Below are positions 13,575 to 25,071 of a DNA stretch of 64,000 nucleotides, one piece after another. The DNA lies in NCBI GenBank assembly GCA_008632985.1, contig QPGO01000112.1, forward strand, positions 186,001 to 250,000, written 5' to 3'. The DNA is from Psammoneis japonica (taxonomy: Eukaryota). Numbering within the stretch: the first letter of the stretch is position 1; each line of letters opens with the position of its first letter. A program made the translations under genes and the position numbers. The notes beneath the pieces are model-generated. The model did no database searches, was not told the DNA's origin, and was given only the letters and a program-made list of their open reading frames with translations.

Positions 13575-13732
13575 ACTCTGTAGCTACTCTCTACTACCGT
13601 ATTCATACAGTAGAGTAGAGCTCTAGTAGAGCTAGTAGAGCTAGTAGTAGCTACTCTCTAGAGCTATCTAGCTATCTAGCTACTCTCTACCGTACTCTCT
13701 ACTCTACTAGCTAGTAGAGAAGTAGTAGTAGC
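13575..13732. repeat. Low-complexity CTAG/GTAG/CTAC-rich tract in the divergent intergenic region
   Basis: Runs such as ctagtagagctagtagagctagtagtagctactctctagagctatctagc. Confidence 0.7.
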
Positions 13733-14371
13733 AACGAGGAGCGGTTGTTACGAAAAGGCAGTCAAAGCAAAGGGCAGTCTTCAGCATTGGCACTTCGAAG
13801 TGGACCCTGCTTCACGAGAGTGCTCCACTTTCGTAGCGAGTTTTGTTGCTACATGAGGCTTGACACTTCTCACCAATCACGCGGTAAGAGAGAGCGCGAT
13901 TCTGGTACTTTACTTCACTCGCAAGAGTTCACCTTTGACTTCCACTTGTGAAAGAGGTCACGTAATGTTGGTCTCTCTACGGTAGGTTTGCGGTTCAGAA
14001 ATACTCTAGCCTAGTAGTAGCTAGCTTCTTGGTGTAAAACGGAATCTGAAATAGAGAACCCTGCTCTCTGCTCTCCTTCTTTTTGATTTTGACGTGGCTG
14101 GACTCCACCCAAATCTACGTGGCTGCTAAGCTTCGTCAGCCTGTAGGTAGAAACATACCACAAGATTCCGTAAATGTTCGTTTACGTGGCTCGATGCGAG
14201 GCATTTGGTCAAGCAACGTACGTCATCGTGCGCCGTATGTAACTGCTTGGTATCCTGTCTACGAGAGCGCGATGCGCGTCCTTCTCCCAGTTTGCCAACG
14301 CACGATTTTTTATGGTGGCTTTTGCACATCACATAAATCTCGAATTCTTTCAGATTTCATACGTTGACACC

Positions 14372-14722
14372 ATGGCTCCTGTAAGTTGGATTAATTGCTT
14401 CGCAGTCGTTTTTGACGAACGATTTGGTTGTTGCCTTGGCTTGCTTGAAATCCGATGAAGATACTCATCTCTTTTGACATCTTTCTCTCCTATTCTGCAG
14501 ACCAAGATTGTTCTTCTCGCCGCCCTCGTTGCTGGCACCACCGCCTTCGCTCCTGCGCCCTTCACCCGCCCCTCCACTGTCCTCAACCAAGAGAAGGGAG
14601 CTGGCGGTATGCATGATACTCGTAACCCTGATGCCAAGGATGACGAAGATCCCCGCAAGTCTATCTCTGCCGCTCCTTCTTTCGAGGAGTACTTGAAGCA
14701 GCGTGAGGCTGAGGGCAACTAA
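14372..14722 (+). CDS. Small (~76 aa) protein with a bipartite plastid-targeting-like presequence; intron 14381-14500
   Basis: ATGGCTCCT|gtaagt...ctgcag|ACCAAG gives MAPTKIVLLAALVAGTTAFAPAPF...; signal peptide followed by an AFAP (ASAFAP-type) motif; C-terminal SAAPSFEEYLKQR; strongly biased codon usage. Confidence 0.8.
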
Positions 14723-16451
14723 ATTACTTCGCGTGAGTGTCTCCTCTCGAATGCCTACTATGGTGTTTGAATTTTGGTCTGCCGCTTAATCAGTGAGCTT
14801 GTCCAAGAGGAGAATGGGTTTTACTTCATGTGGGAGATGGCAAAGATCTCGGATTTGGCAAAGATCTTAGTTATACAGAGTAGACATTCGTTTGTGGTAT
14901 TTAGTCGATCAGTTTGCTATCCTCTATTTCTGCTGAGCATTATTATCCATCCTCGATCTGATATAGTCAGAACGCGATCTTTGCTTTGTGTTTTGCTCAA
15001 ACGTCTTCTCATTACGGCGCCATTGTCGTTTACGGTATCACGCCGATCCGCATACGCACGAGAGCGATCTCAAATCTAGGGCTATCTGGGATCTTTTGCA
15101 TCGAAAGAACGTACGTCACTCCCGCAGAAACTACTCAAAATCCTCGTCAATAGAGTGTTTTACAAAAAGCTATGTATTAGTTTATGTATATCTTCAAACA
15201 CGAAGCGCGATCAGCATCAAGACTGAAATTTGGCAAAATCTTCGTGAAAGCGCGGTCACAGACGATGGACTTCATCTTCAAAAGATTACCTTACGACTAG
15301 ATGATTATCGGTACGGATATGATCAGGATATGCCAGCATGACATGACAATCTAGATTAAAATCGTATGACGTGCTCTTCTCTCCGGACGCGACGATGACA
15401 GCGCACCACTGCAAAAGCGATTAAGACGCACGCTTGCTGTTTGCTGGTTGTTCGTTTGTCGTTTGTCGTTTGTCGTGTTGTGCTCGGTTCTTTCACTGCG
15501 GAAAAATCGATAAACAATGGTGAAATGACTGTCCCGTGGGTTGTGACTTGATGCACAAGCTTCGTTCTTCGCAAGTGCTCTCTCTCTCTCTCTCTCTCTG
15601 GTCTTGAATTGGTGCGTCGTGCCCCACAATTTGTCAGTCCCTTTTTGTCAATCCATCAGGCGCACAAGGGAAAATACCAATGTGCGAAAACAGATCTCTG
15701 TTTGGAACGTTAGAAAGTTGCTCGTGTCATTATCCTCGCTTGTTTTTAGTCACAGGTAATGCCCATCCTCTGTTTGTGAGCATAGCTTCCGAAATCATGC
15801 CCATGTTAAGGCTGAGAGTGCTGAGATTCTCTCTACAGAACATCGACTGTATGAGCTTCAGTCCAGCCGATGGAAATCGTTTCGACCGCCACAGACATTT
15901 GCGGCCACATTTCTCTGGGACTGCTTCAGCTAGCGCGGAGAGTTGCATGATGAAAATTATCTGAACGCCAGAAAGAATGTTAATCGTGTCAAGCTCTATG
16001 AAATATTGGCAATACTTCTCTGAGATACACGGTGAAAATTTGTGATGATGAAAATGCGGTTGCTGCCACCAAGTATGGAGCATCCTTAGTGCGTTTTCCA
16101 AATAGTAGCAATACGACCGTAGTTATGCACTGGTCAACCATTTTACTCGTTGCAAAGGATGGCATTGTTGCAGCAAGCCCGGGATCATCAATGGTTCCAC
16201 GGCGATACTTCTCTTCTAGGGGGGATGAATCGTTCTACAAAAGCCTTAAAAACGATGAGGTTCGGAAAGTACGAGTTACTTTGTTTCCTACAGGGTTTTA
16301 TATGGCGTGCAATGCTATTCCAACGCAGGGCGTGGATATTAGGATCAATGCCGGACACACAAAACGATGTAGGAACCGAAAGCACACAATAGAGGACTCG
16401 CGACTGACTGATTTGTCACCCTTGCTAATCTTCAAGAGAGTCTTATCCAGA

Positions 16452-17435
16452 TTACTTCTGATGCTTCGCTTCCACAATTCGTGTCGATTCCTTCCACTTC
16501 AATAGATCCTCTTTCCAGTCCAGTAACTCACAGAGTGCATGAACAGTCTCATCGCAATCACCTTCTAGGAATACATCTCGCCGATGCTTTTTGTGCATGA
16601 TATTGAAATCTCCAACAAAATCTCTATTGATCAAGACACGTTTGCAACTCACCATGTCTGGAATCAAGGATACCGGTGCCACGGAAAGAGACGTTCCCAT
16701 CACCAAGAGTAGATCTGCCCTAGGCAAATCTTGCTCCAAGAGCGGCCCAAACTTCCTTGGCAATCCCTCCCCAAAAAAAACAATGTCCGGCTTCACGTAG
16801 GATCCGCAGGACTTGCAAAGCGGTGGCGGAGACTCCTTTTCGTTCTCTTCCTTCAAAATGATGGATTTGCACTTGTCGCCATCAAAGGCTCTTCCGCACT
16901 TGACGCATGAAGCTGTGCGGAAGTGACCGTGGCATTCCATTATATGCTCAAGTGGGATCTTCGCGAGAGCTTCAAGTCCATCGATATTTTGTGTGTAGTT
17001 GCGTAATAATTTCTTTTGTTTTGCAAGCAAAGCAACAAAGACATGAGTGTAGGTCGGCGAATAACGCAATCCTGGCCAAATGCTCTGTGCCAGAGAACAG
17101 AATGGCTCGGGATTCCTCTTGTAAAAGCCAACATCAAAGATCGCTTCAGCGTAAGGCAAATTATACTTTTGCAGGTTGTCATAGAGGCCTGTCCCCGGTG
17201 TACGAAAGTCGGGAATTCCAGCGCTGCACGACACACCCGCACCACTCAATACGACAATTCTTTTTGAGTTACGGATCCAATCGGCCACCAATCGAAAGTC
17301 TTCAGAGAACTTTGGAGTTGAGATATTCAACTTCTCGATCTCCTGCGTTATTTTGTTGAGTGGCTCGTCCGTGTTAGACCTAGATTTATCAGAATCATTC
17401 GAAGCCTTTGCCTCTTCGTCGTCGGAAGTAGTCAT
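16452..17435 (-). CDS. NAD+-dependent deacetylase, class I sirtuin (SIRT2/3/Hst2-like)
   Basis: GAGVSCSAGIPDFR, GLYDNL, NYTQNIDGLE, CHG, two CxxC zinc ligand pairs, KPDIVFFGE, GTSL.V.P and LINR. First ATG at 17435; the ORF is open to a GTG at 17510. Confidence 0.95.
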   Translation of the reverse strand: MTTSDDEEAKASNDSDKSRSNTDEPLNKITQEIEKLNISTPKFSEDFRLVADWIRNSKRIVVLSGAGVSCSAGIPDFRTPGTGLYDNLQKYNLPYAEAIFDVGFYKRNPEPFCSLAQSIWPGLRYSPTYTHVFVALLAKQKKLLRNYTQNIDGLEALAKIPLEHIMECHGHFRTASCVKCGRAFDGDKCKSIILKEENEKESPPPLCKSCGSYVKPDIVFFGEGLPRKFGPLLEQDLPRADLLLVMGTSLSVAPVSLIPDMVSCKRVLINRDFVGDFNIMHKKHRRDVFLEGDCDETVHALCELLDWKEDLLKWKESTRIVEAKHQK

Positions 17436-17825
17436 AATGCGGAAGAAATTCTTCTGATTGCAGGCGAACGCTGGGTGATAACTGAACCTGCCGGCAGCGA
17501 AAACAGGCACGTTTGAGAGTCTCCAAATCAGGGGCGTAATTTTCTTGGTGGGTTATATACAACGGATATCTGAGTAGTAGGTTCTGTTCACAAAACAAAG
17601 ACCGTCAATGCCAGCAACGTTTCCCGCTCGAGTGGCCTCAAGAAGCTGTCGTCGAGTCAATAGGTAGCTGTTACAAGTTGCAGAGCACAACAACAGCAAC
17701 ACTTTTTCAGAGCAAACAATCATCGACGGAAAAGCGCGGAATGCGTCCGCGCGACTCCGTCGAATGGAAAAAGAAGCCGGGGGGCGGTGTGCGGCGGGAA
17801 ATGAAAAAATGAGCTTCACATTCCC

Positions 17826-19481
17826 AGTGAACCCAATTTCCGTTCAACAACGGATTCTGCATTTTACTGAGAGTGAAAAGAGGCCACTCATTTCACATTC
17901 TTCCCCTCNNNNNNNNNNNNNNNNNNNNNNNNNNNNNNNNNNNNNNNNNNNNNNNNNNNNNNNNNNNNNNNNNNNNNNNNNNNNNNNNNNNNNNNNNNNN
18001 NNNNNNNNNNNNNNNNNNNNNNNNNNNNNNNNNNNNNNNNNNNNNNNNNNNNNNNNNNNNNNNNNNNNNNNNNNNNNNNNNNNNNNNNNNNNNNNNNNNN
18101 NNNNNNNNNNNNNNNNNNNNNNNNNNNNNNNNNNNNNNNNNNNNNNNNNNNNNNNNNNNNNNNNNNNNNNNNNNNNNNNNNNNNNNNNNNNNNNNNNNNN
18201 NNNNNNNNNNNNNNNNNNNNNNNNNNNNNNNNNNNNNNNNNNNNNNNNNNNNNNNNNNNNNNNNNNNNNNNNNNNNNNNNNNNNNNNNNNNNNNNNNNNN
18301 NNNNNNNNNNNNNNNNNNNNNNNNNNNNNNNNNNNNNNNNNNNNNNNNNNNNNNNNNNNNNNNNNNNNNNNNNNNNNTGCAGAAGCCACAACAATTTTTC
18401 AAAAACTGACCAAGGTGCCCATTGTGGCCACAACTCTGAACAACACTTGTCGTGACATGCTGGCTCAGTTTCAGCGACATGTCTGGCATTGCCAAAGTTG
18501 TCGTTTTTTGTTTTGTGGCTCAGCAGCTTGTTCAGAGCAGGCTCATTTGTTTGGAAAAGCTTCAGCTCAACTGCCCATTTCATTGCATTTTGTTGTTTTT
18601 TCTGCTGCATTTGTCTGGGCCTCTTTGTGGCATTGGTGCCCCACACAATGCAGCTGCCAATCATCTGTCGTTTGCATGAGAACAATGGCGCACTTCCCTG
18701 TTACAATCCACTGTGTCCTCATCATCAACAACTTCCAAGGTTGTTGAAAAATGACTGTTGACCTTGGCACGCAAAATTGAATTCACTGAATGTCATGTGC
18801 ATGGCTGAAAAAATCAATGCATCTGTCTGATTGTCCATCCGTCCAAATTTTGAATGCCACATGTGCGTGAAGAACCACTCTGACCGGAGGACCAACACAT
18901 TGTGGCTGCACTCTTCACAGAAAAGCCACAAGGTTTCAAAAACTAACCAAGGTGCCCAATGCAGCCAGGGGGCTCTGAACAACATTTTGTCTTGACACAC
19001 TGGCTCACTTTCAGCCACAAATCTGGCATTGCCAAAGTTCCTTGTCATTTTTTGGTTGGCGGTTGTTGACACTTTTCAAATGGCCATGGATTTGCAATGT
19101 TTTGTTTTGTCCTCTGTGACATGTTTCTGCTCAACAAGAGTGCAACTTGTCAATGACTGAAATTTTCACATGCACCCCAATTGCACCCACAGATTTTCAA
19201 CACACGTGAGCCCAGTTTCCATTCAACAACGGATTCTGCATTTTGCTGAGAGTGAAAAGAGGCCACTCATTTCACATTCTTCCCCTCCGCCACTCCTTTT
19301 GCCACACTCCGTTTGCACCGCATCACCATGCATTCACCGTGCATTCCGTGCTTCCACAAAAGAGAAGTGGGGTGTGATGGCCGCCACAGGTGCCACTCTG
19401 TGCTGAAGTTGGAGTGTGGCATGCCATCTGGCACACTGGAAGCTGATTGCATTGCAAAACAAATGAAAATCTGTGAAATGG
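17826..19481. repeat. Tandem ~1.38-kb unit, first copies (spans the gap)
   Basis: Near-identical to 33039-34423, 47966-49347 and 55544-56919. Confidence 0.85.
17909..18377. other. Assembly gap (469 N) inside the tandem unit
   Basis: Run of N. Both flanks match the tandem unit, and the size matches the corresponding empty-site segment 32852-33319. Confidence 0.95.
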
Positions 19482-22400
19482 TGACAGGATTTGAACAGGA
19501 TTTAGATGCTCGCGAAATGTCGCGCGCTGTTTAGTTTGCCGTGCACAGTTTTGTGTGCTTCAGTTCCGCGCATTCGCGCGCGATGCAGTTTGCTTTTGAG
19601 CCACAAGGCTCACAAGAATGACAACAGCAGCCTGATTGCACCGACTTGCATGTCTTTCGGCTCCTGCAACGGTCTCTGAGCGGAGACTCATCTGCCATTT
19701 AGACAGCAGCAAGGAGTCATTGTTTGAATTCTTGCCATTTGCCTTCAATTTCTGTCAGATTGACAGTCTTGCTCATTGTCAACCCATTGAGCAACCGCCA
19801 TCATTGTTGTTGATTTACCAACGACGCTGTTTCAATTCTGCGTGGACCTCCGTGTGTGTTCTACATGCATCGGCAAGTCTGCGCACATCCAACACCAGGG
19901 CATCGGCAGGAAGTTAACGTCACCGTCAAGTCTCCTTGCCGCTGGACATCTGGATTGATTGCACCACCTTTGATCGCTGAAGACATGCATTCAACGGTCA
20001 TGTCCAAGTCCATCCTTGATCCTTGTCCCTTGATGTGCCCATTCATTGGTTGACGGTCAAGAACCCTGCACATTCAAGGATCCTTGTCGCTGAAGACATG
20101 TGTGCACACACATGTCTTCACGGCCAAGAACCTGTGCCCACTCTTTGGACTGCGGTTTTTCCACCACTCTGCAAGCACACCGAGTCCATTGCACCTGATC
20201 TGCCCCGGACTGCTGGTGCTCTGCAGTTCTGCTGGGTCCACGAGGACGACTGTGAGAGCAAGTGGCCGTGATTGCAGCCTGCGTTGGGGCGAGGGTGCTT
20301 TCCCGCGTTTGTTCATTCGTCCACAGCGCCTGACGCCTGCATCAACTGGCCAGCCTGATCGGGAAATCCAACCGATGCAAAATGAGAACGGTTCGGGGGT
20401 CTTGTCCACCTCTGGTCAGCTTGCCTGCAGGGGTTTACAACCCGCTGCTCCGCTTGCAAGCAACCCAAAGCGCCGCCAGCTGCGGGTTCGGACGTGCCGG
20501 CACAACTCTGCAGACCGGATGGGAAGTTTAGCACTTGACAACGAACGGGACAGCACAACCCAGCGACTTCTGATTTTAAGGCAGTTCGAGATTTCAAGTC
20601 AAGTCTGCTTCAAGTCAAGTCCATTCTCACCCAAGTTTCAAGTCCACCTTCGCTTCCCAACAAGAATTGCTTGTCCTGACTCCGCTTTTGTCTGCCATGG
20701 TTCTCACTCGTCAGCAACAAACCGATGGTTTCGAGCACGTTGTTGGAACCGTGCTTGCCCAAGGTGCTGGGAGCCCTCTTCGTTTGGCTTTGGCCCAAGA
20801 CGGCACGGACTCGCATCAAGAACTGTTCACGTTCATGCCGTCCCAAATCAACTCGCTTGAGTGCGACAACGGCACCAATGTGATCCCTTTGCCCCACGGT
20901 TATAAGAACATGTTGGCAGCCCTGGTCAGTCTGCACATTGTCAAAGCACACGAAGGTCTTGACGTTGCCAATGACTCCTCGTTGTTCACGCATGACGAGT
21001 TCCTTGCCCACCGCCTCAGCCCCGACTGCATGTCTTCTGTGTCCATCGGCAGCTCACCCCTCGCACCTCCGCATGTCACCAACCCGACCAAGGCACGCGA
21101 CCTGGTGCGAGACTTCAAGCGAGGCATCAAGCGTGATCCCACCGCTTTCACGGCTCTCAAATCCGACAAGCAGTGGCACACTTGGCACACCTCACTTGTG
21201 GCACAAGCCCGTGCCCAAGACGTCGAGTGCACTCTAGACTCGTTGTACAAACCGACCAGCCCCGAAGACAAACTGCTCTTTGCTGAACAGCAAAAGTGCA
21301 TGTTCGCCGTCTTCGAACGCATCCTTCTCACCGACAAGGGCAAGGCTCTCATCCGCGAAAATGTGGGGTCTTCTGACGCCCAGACCGTCTGCCGCGCCTT
21401 GTCCGAGTGTGCGCTCGCCTCCACCCGCGCATCTGTCGAGTCCTCCACCTTGCTCACGCACCTTGCCACCGCACATCTTGGTGATGGTGCTTGGAAAGGT
21501 CCGACCCACGGCTTCATCCTTCATTGGCAAGACCAGTTGCGCAAGTGCGATGCACTTGTCCCGGCCAGTGACCACTTCTCTGAAGGACAGAAGCGCGTCA
21601 TGCTTGAGAATGCCACGCACCCTGTCGAGGAACTCCGTGCTGTCAAGAACCAAGCTGATCAGCATCGCACGCAGAGTGGCAAGAGCCTCACATGTGACCA
21701 ATGCTGCGGCTTGCTCCTCTCCGTGGCAGCTCAATGCGACAGTGCGTTTCAACCCAAGACAACACCTCGAGCTCCCCAACGCGCCATGTGCGCACACGAC
21801 GTCTGCTCCGAGGAACCATCCGACGATGTGTTCCACGACATTGACAGCGACATTGACGTCCTTCAGGCCAATGCTGCCTGCACCCGTGGTCCCAGCCTCA
21901 CCGGTGACCAATGGAAACGTCTCCCTCCCGACCACCAACGGATTTGGGATTCGTTGCCCCATTCCTCCAAGGCGATCATCCTTGAGCATTCTCGTCCACC
22001 TCCCCGCAACCCGCGAGCCAGCAACTGCCATGAGTCCGTTATGGCCAACCTTCATGACCAACGCCTTGGGAGTGACGGTGATGTCAACTTGTCCAACACG
22101 ACTCCTGCTGACTCTGGTGACCCCGCTCCAAATGTGGGCACCACTTCGGATGATCCCATCCTGGCGCACCTCACCAAGCGCAAGCCACTGCCACCTGGTG
22201 ATCTGCAACGTCTGTTGTCTCCTAACCAAGCCCCCAATGCCAGTCGACCGGGGCCATCCGCCGCTCCCTCCACCCCGCCAGCTTCTGCCGATGACACAGA
22301 ACTCAACGGCCGCACTTGCCGTCGCGCCAATGACCACAATGTCATTTGCTCTGCCTCTGCTCATTGCTCCACATGCACTGGTGCTCTAGTCGATCGTGGG

Positions 22401-25071
22401 GCCAACGGCGGCATTGCTGGTGACGACGTTCGCGTCATTGCACGCACCTCTCGCCAAGTCGACGTTCAGGGCATTGACGACCATCAATTGGTGGACATCC
22501 CTGTTGTCACCGCTGGCGCCGTCATTGAGACCCAGCGTGGTCCCGTCATCGCCATCCTCCATCAGTGCGCGTGCACGGGAAAGGGCAAGACCATCCATTC
22601 CTGCGGCCAGCTTGAATGGCACAAACAGGATGTCCACGATCGCTCTGTCAAGGTGCCCAACGGCTTGCAACGCATTGCCACTCCTGATGGCTGTGTCATC
22701 CCCATTGACATCAAGGCCGGCCTGCCTTGTGTTGCCATGCGACCTTGCACTGACGCCGAATGGGACACCCTGCCCCATGTCATCCTCACCGGTGATGACA
22801 CATGGGATCCTTCCGTCCTCGATCACTCTGTCACTGATGGCGACCAGTGGTGCGACGCGATCTCTGACCTGCAGGACGATCCCACTGCCAACCCATTTGA
22901 CGAACACGGCAACTGCCGTCATCGTGTCGTTGTCAACGAGACCATCATGTCCGCTTCCTTGTCTGCCGATCACGCGTCCGCCCTCGATGATCACCTCATT
23001 CCAAATGACGACGTGTTCTACGAGTGTCATCCACACGCGATTGACCCCAAGGGCGACGACGTCCCGCCCCCGGAGCGCACTGTACAGCCCAAGGACCCCC
23101 CCTTCGAGTCTCTTCGGCCTCACTTTGGCTTCCTGCCTGCCGATGCGGTCCGTCGTGCTTTTGACTGCACCACGCAGTGCGCCCGCATGCCTGCCGGCAC
23201 ACACCTTAGGAAGGCCTGCAAATCACCCAACCCCGCCCTTAACGTGCACCGCCGCAACGAGCCTGTCGCCACTGACACCATTTGTGCCGACACCCCGGCT
23301 GTCGACTCTGGTTGCACCAGCGCCCAACTGTTTGTTGGCACCGAGTCTACCGTCACTGACGTCTGCAGCACCAAGACGGACAAAGAGTTTGTCAACACAC
23401 TCGAGGATCAGATCCGTGAGCGTGGTGCCCCATCCAAACTCATTGGCGACCGTGCTCAAGTTGAGATCAGCAACAAAGTGCTCGGGATCCTACGAGCCCT
23501 CTTCATCTCCAGCTGGCAAAGTGAGCCTCACCAGCAACAACAAAACTTTGCCGAGCGTCGACACCAGACCGTGAAGCGCATGGCAAACACTGTCATGGAT
23601 CATTTTGGTTTGCCCGCCCACACATGGCTGCTGGCGCTCATGTGTGTGTGCTTCATGCTCAACCATGCAGCGTCCCCACGTCTCCACTGGTGCACGCCCC
23701 TCGAGACTCTCACTGGCTCCACCCCGGACATCAGCCCATTGCTTTGCTTTCACTGGTGGGAACCCGTGTGCTTCCACCTCAATGACTCCGATTGGCCGTC
23801 CGAATCCCGTGAGTTGCGTGGACGCTTCGTTGGCATTGCTGAGCACGTCGGCCACCAGATGACCTTCAAGATTCTCTCTGACAAGACTCAGAAGATCCTC
23901 CACTGGTCCAACGTACACTCCGCTGCCACCGATCCTGCCGTTCGAAACCTGCATCTTGATCCTCCTGATGGGAGCCACCTGAACCCATCATCAAATCTCG
24001 CCATGACGACAACCCCGTCGATTCTCCTGATGGGAAGATCAGGACACCCAAGATGCCAGTTTTCGATCCGCAAGACATCATCGTACCTTCCTCATGCAGC
24101 CACAAGAGGACGGACAATGCCACAGAGCTCGCATCGTCAAGGCCGTCGAAGACCATGAATGGAAAGTGAACGGCAATCCCGAGCTTGCTAAGTTCGTCTG
24201 CTCTGTCAACAACGATGAATGCGAGGAAGTCCTTGCCTGCAACGACATCATGAATCACATGAGCAAGAAGACAAAGACACTGCTGTTTGGAAATTCCGAC
24301 GCATCGTGTCACACGAAGGACCTCTGAAGCCTCATGACCCAACCTGGAAAGGCTCAAGCTACAACATCATGCTTGAATGGGAAAGTGGGGAGATCACGTC
24401 CGAGCCTCTCGCCATCATTGCCAAGGATGACCCCGTCACCTGCGCCATCTATGCACGAGAGAACGGACTTCTCGACACGGATGGCTGGAAGCGGTTCCGC
24501 ACCATCGCGAGGCACCAAAAGAAGCCATTTCGCATGGCCAACCAAGCCAAGCTTCGCTCCTTCCGCACTGCACCTCGCCACAAGTGCGGATGCAAAGTTC
24601 CCCGGAACTGCAAACACGCCATGTCACTAGACGAGCGCAACGGCAACCGCAAATGGGGAGACGCAACTAATCTCGAGATGGCCAACTCGGGGAATACGAA
24701 GTCTTCCATGACTGCGGCCCTTCGAGTCTTCCACTCCTCCTGCGGGACACAAGAAGATCCGAGTGCACCTGGTGCACGACGTGAAACACGACGGTCGCCA
24801 CAAGGCACGACTCGTAGCCGATGGGCACCTCACGGACATGCCTGTCGACAGTGTCCACTTCGGAGCAGTCTCCCTCCGTGGCCTTCGGTTGATGATTTTC
24901 CTGGCCGAACTCAACGAGTTGGAGACATGGGCCACCGACATTGGCAATGCCTGTCTTGAAGCCACCACTGAGGAGAAGCTCTACATTGCAGCCGGACCCG
25001 GATTTGGCAAACTCCAAGGACACATCCTTGTCATCCACAAGGCCCTGCATGGGCTGCGCAGCTCCGGTCTC

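Noticed and set aside
16452..17435. The sirtuin as the effector of the hypermutation or silencing
   Set aside because: Adjacency only. It is an ordinary class I deacetylase with no deaminase or polymerase domain.
17764..18747. Long ORFs containing X runs
   Set aside because: Artefacts of translating through the N gap.
23940..24700. Programmed frameshifts in element A
   Set aside because: Copy 3 is in a single frame, so the indels in copies 1 and 2 are decay or sequencing errors.
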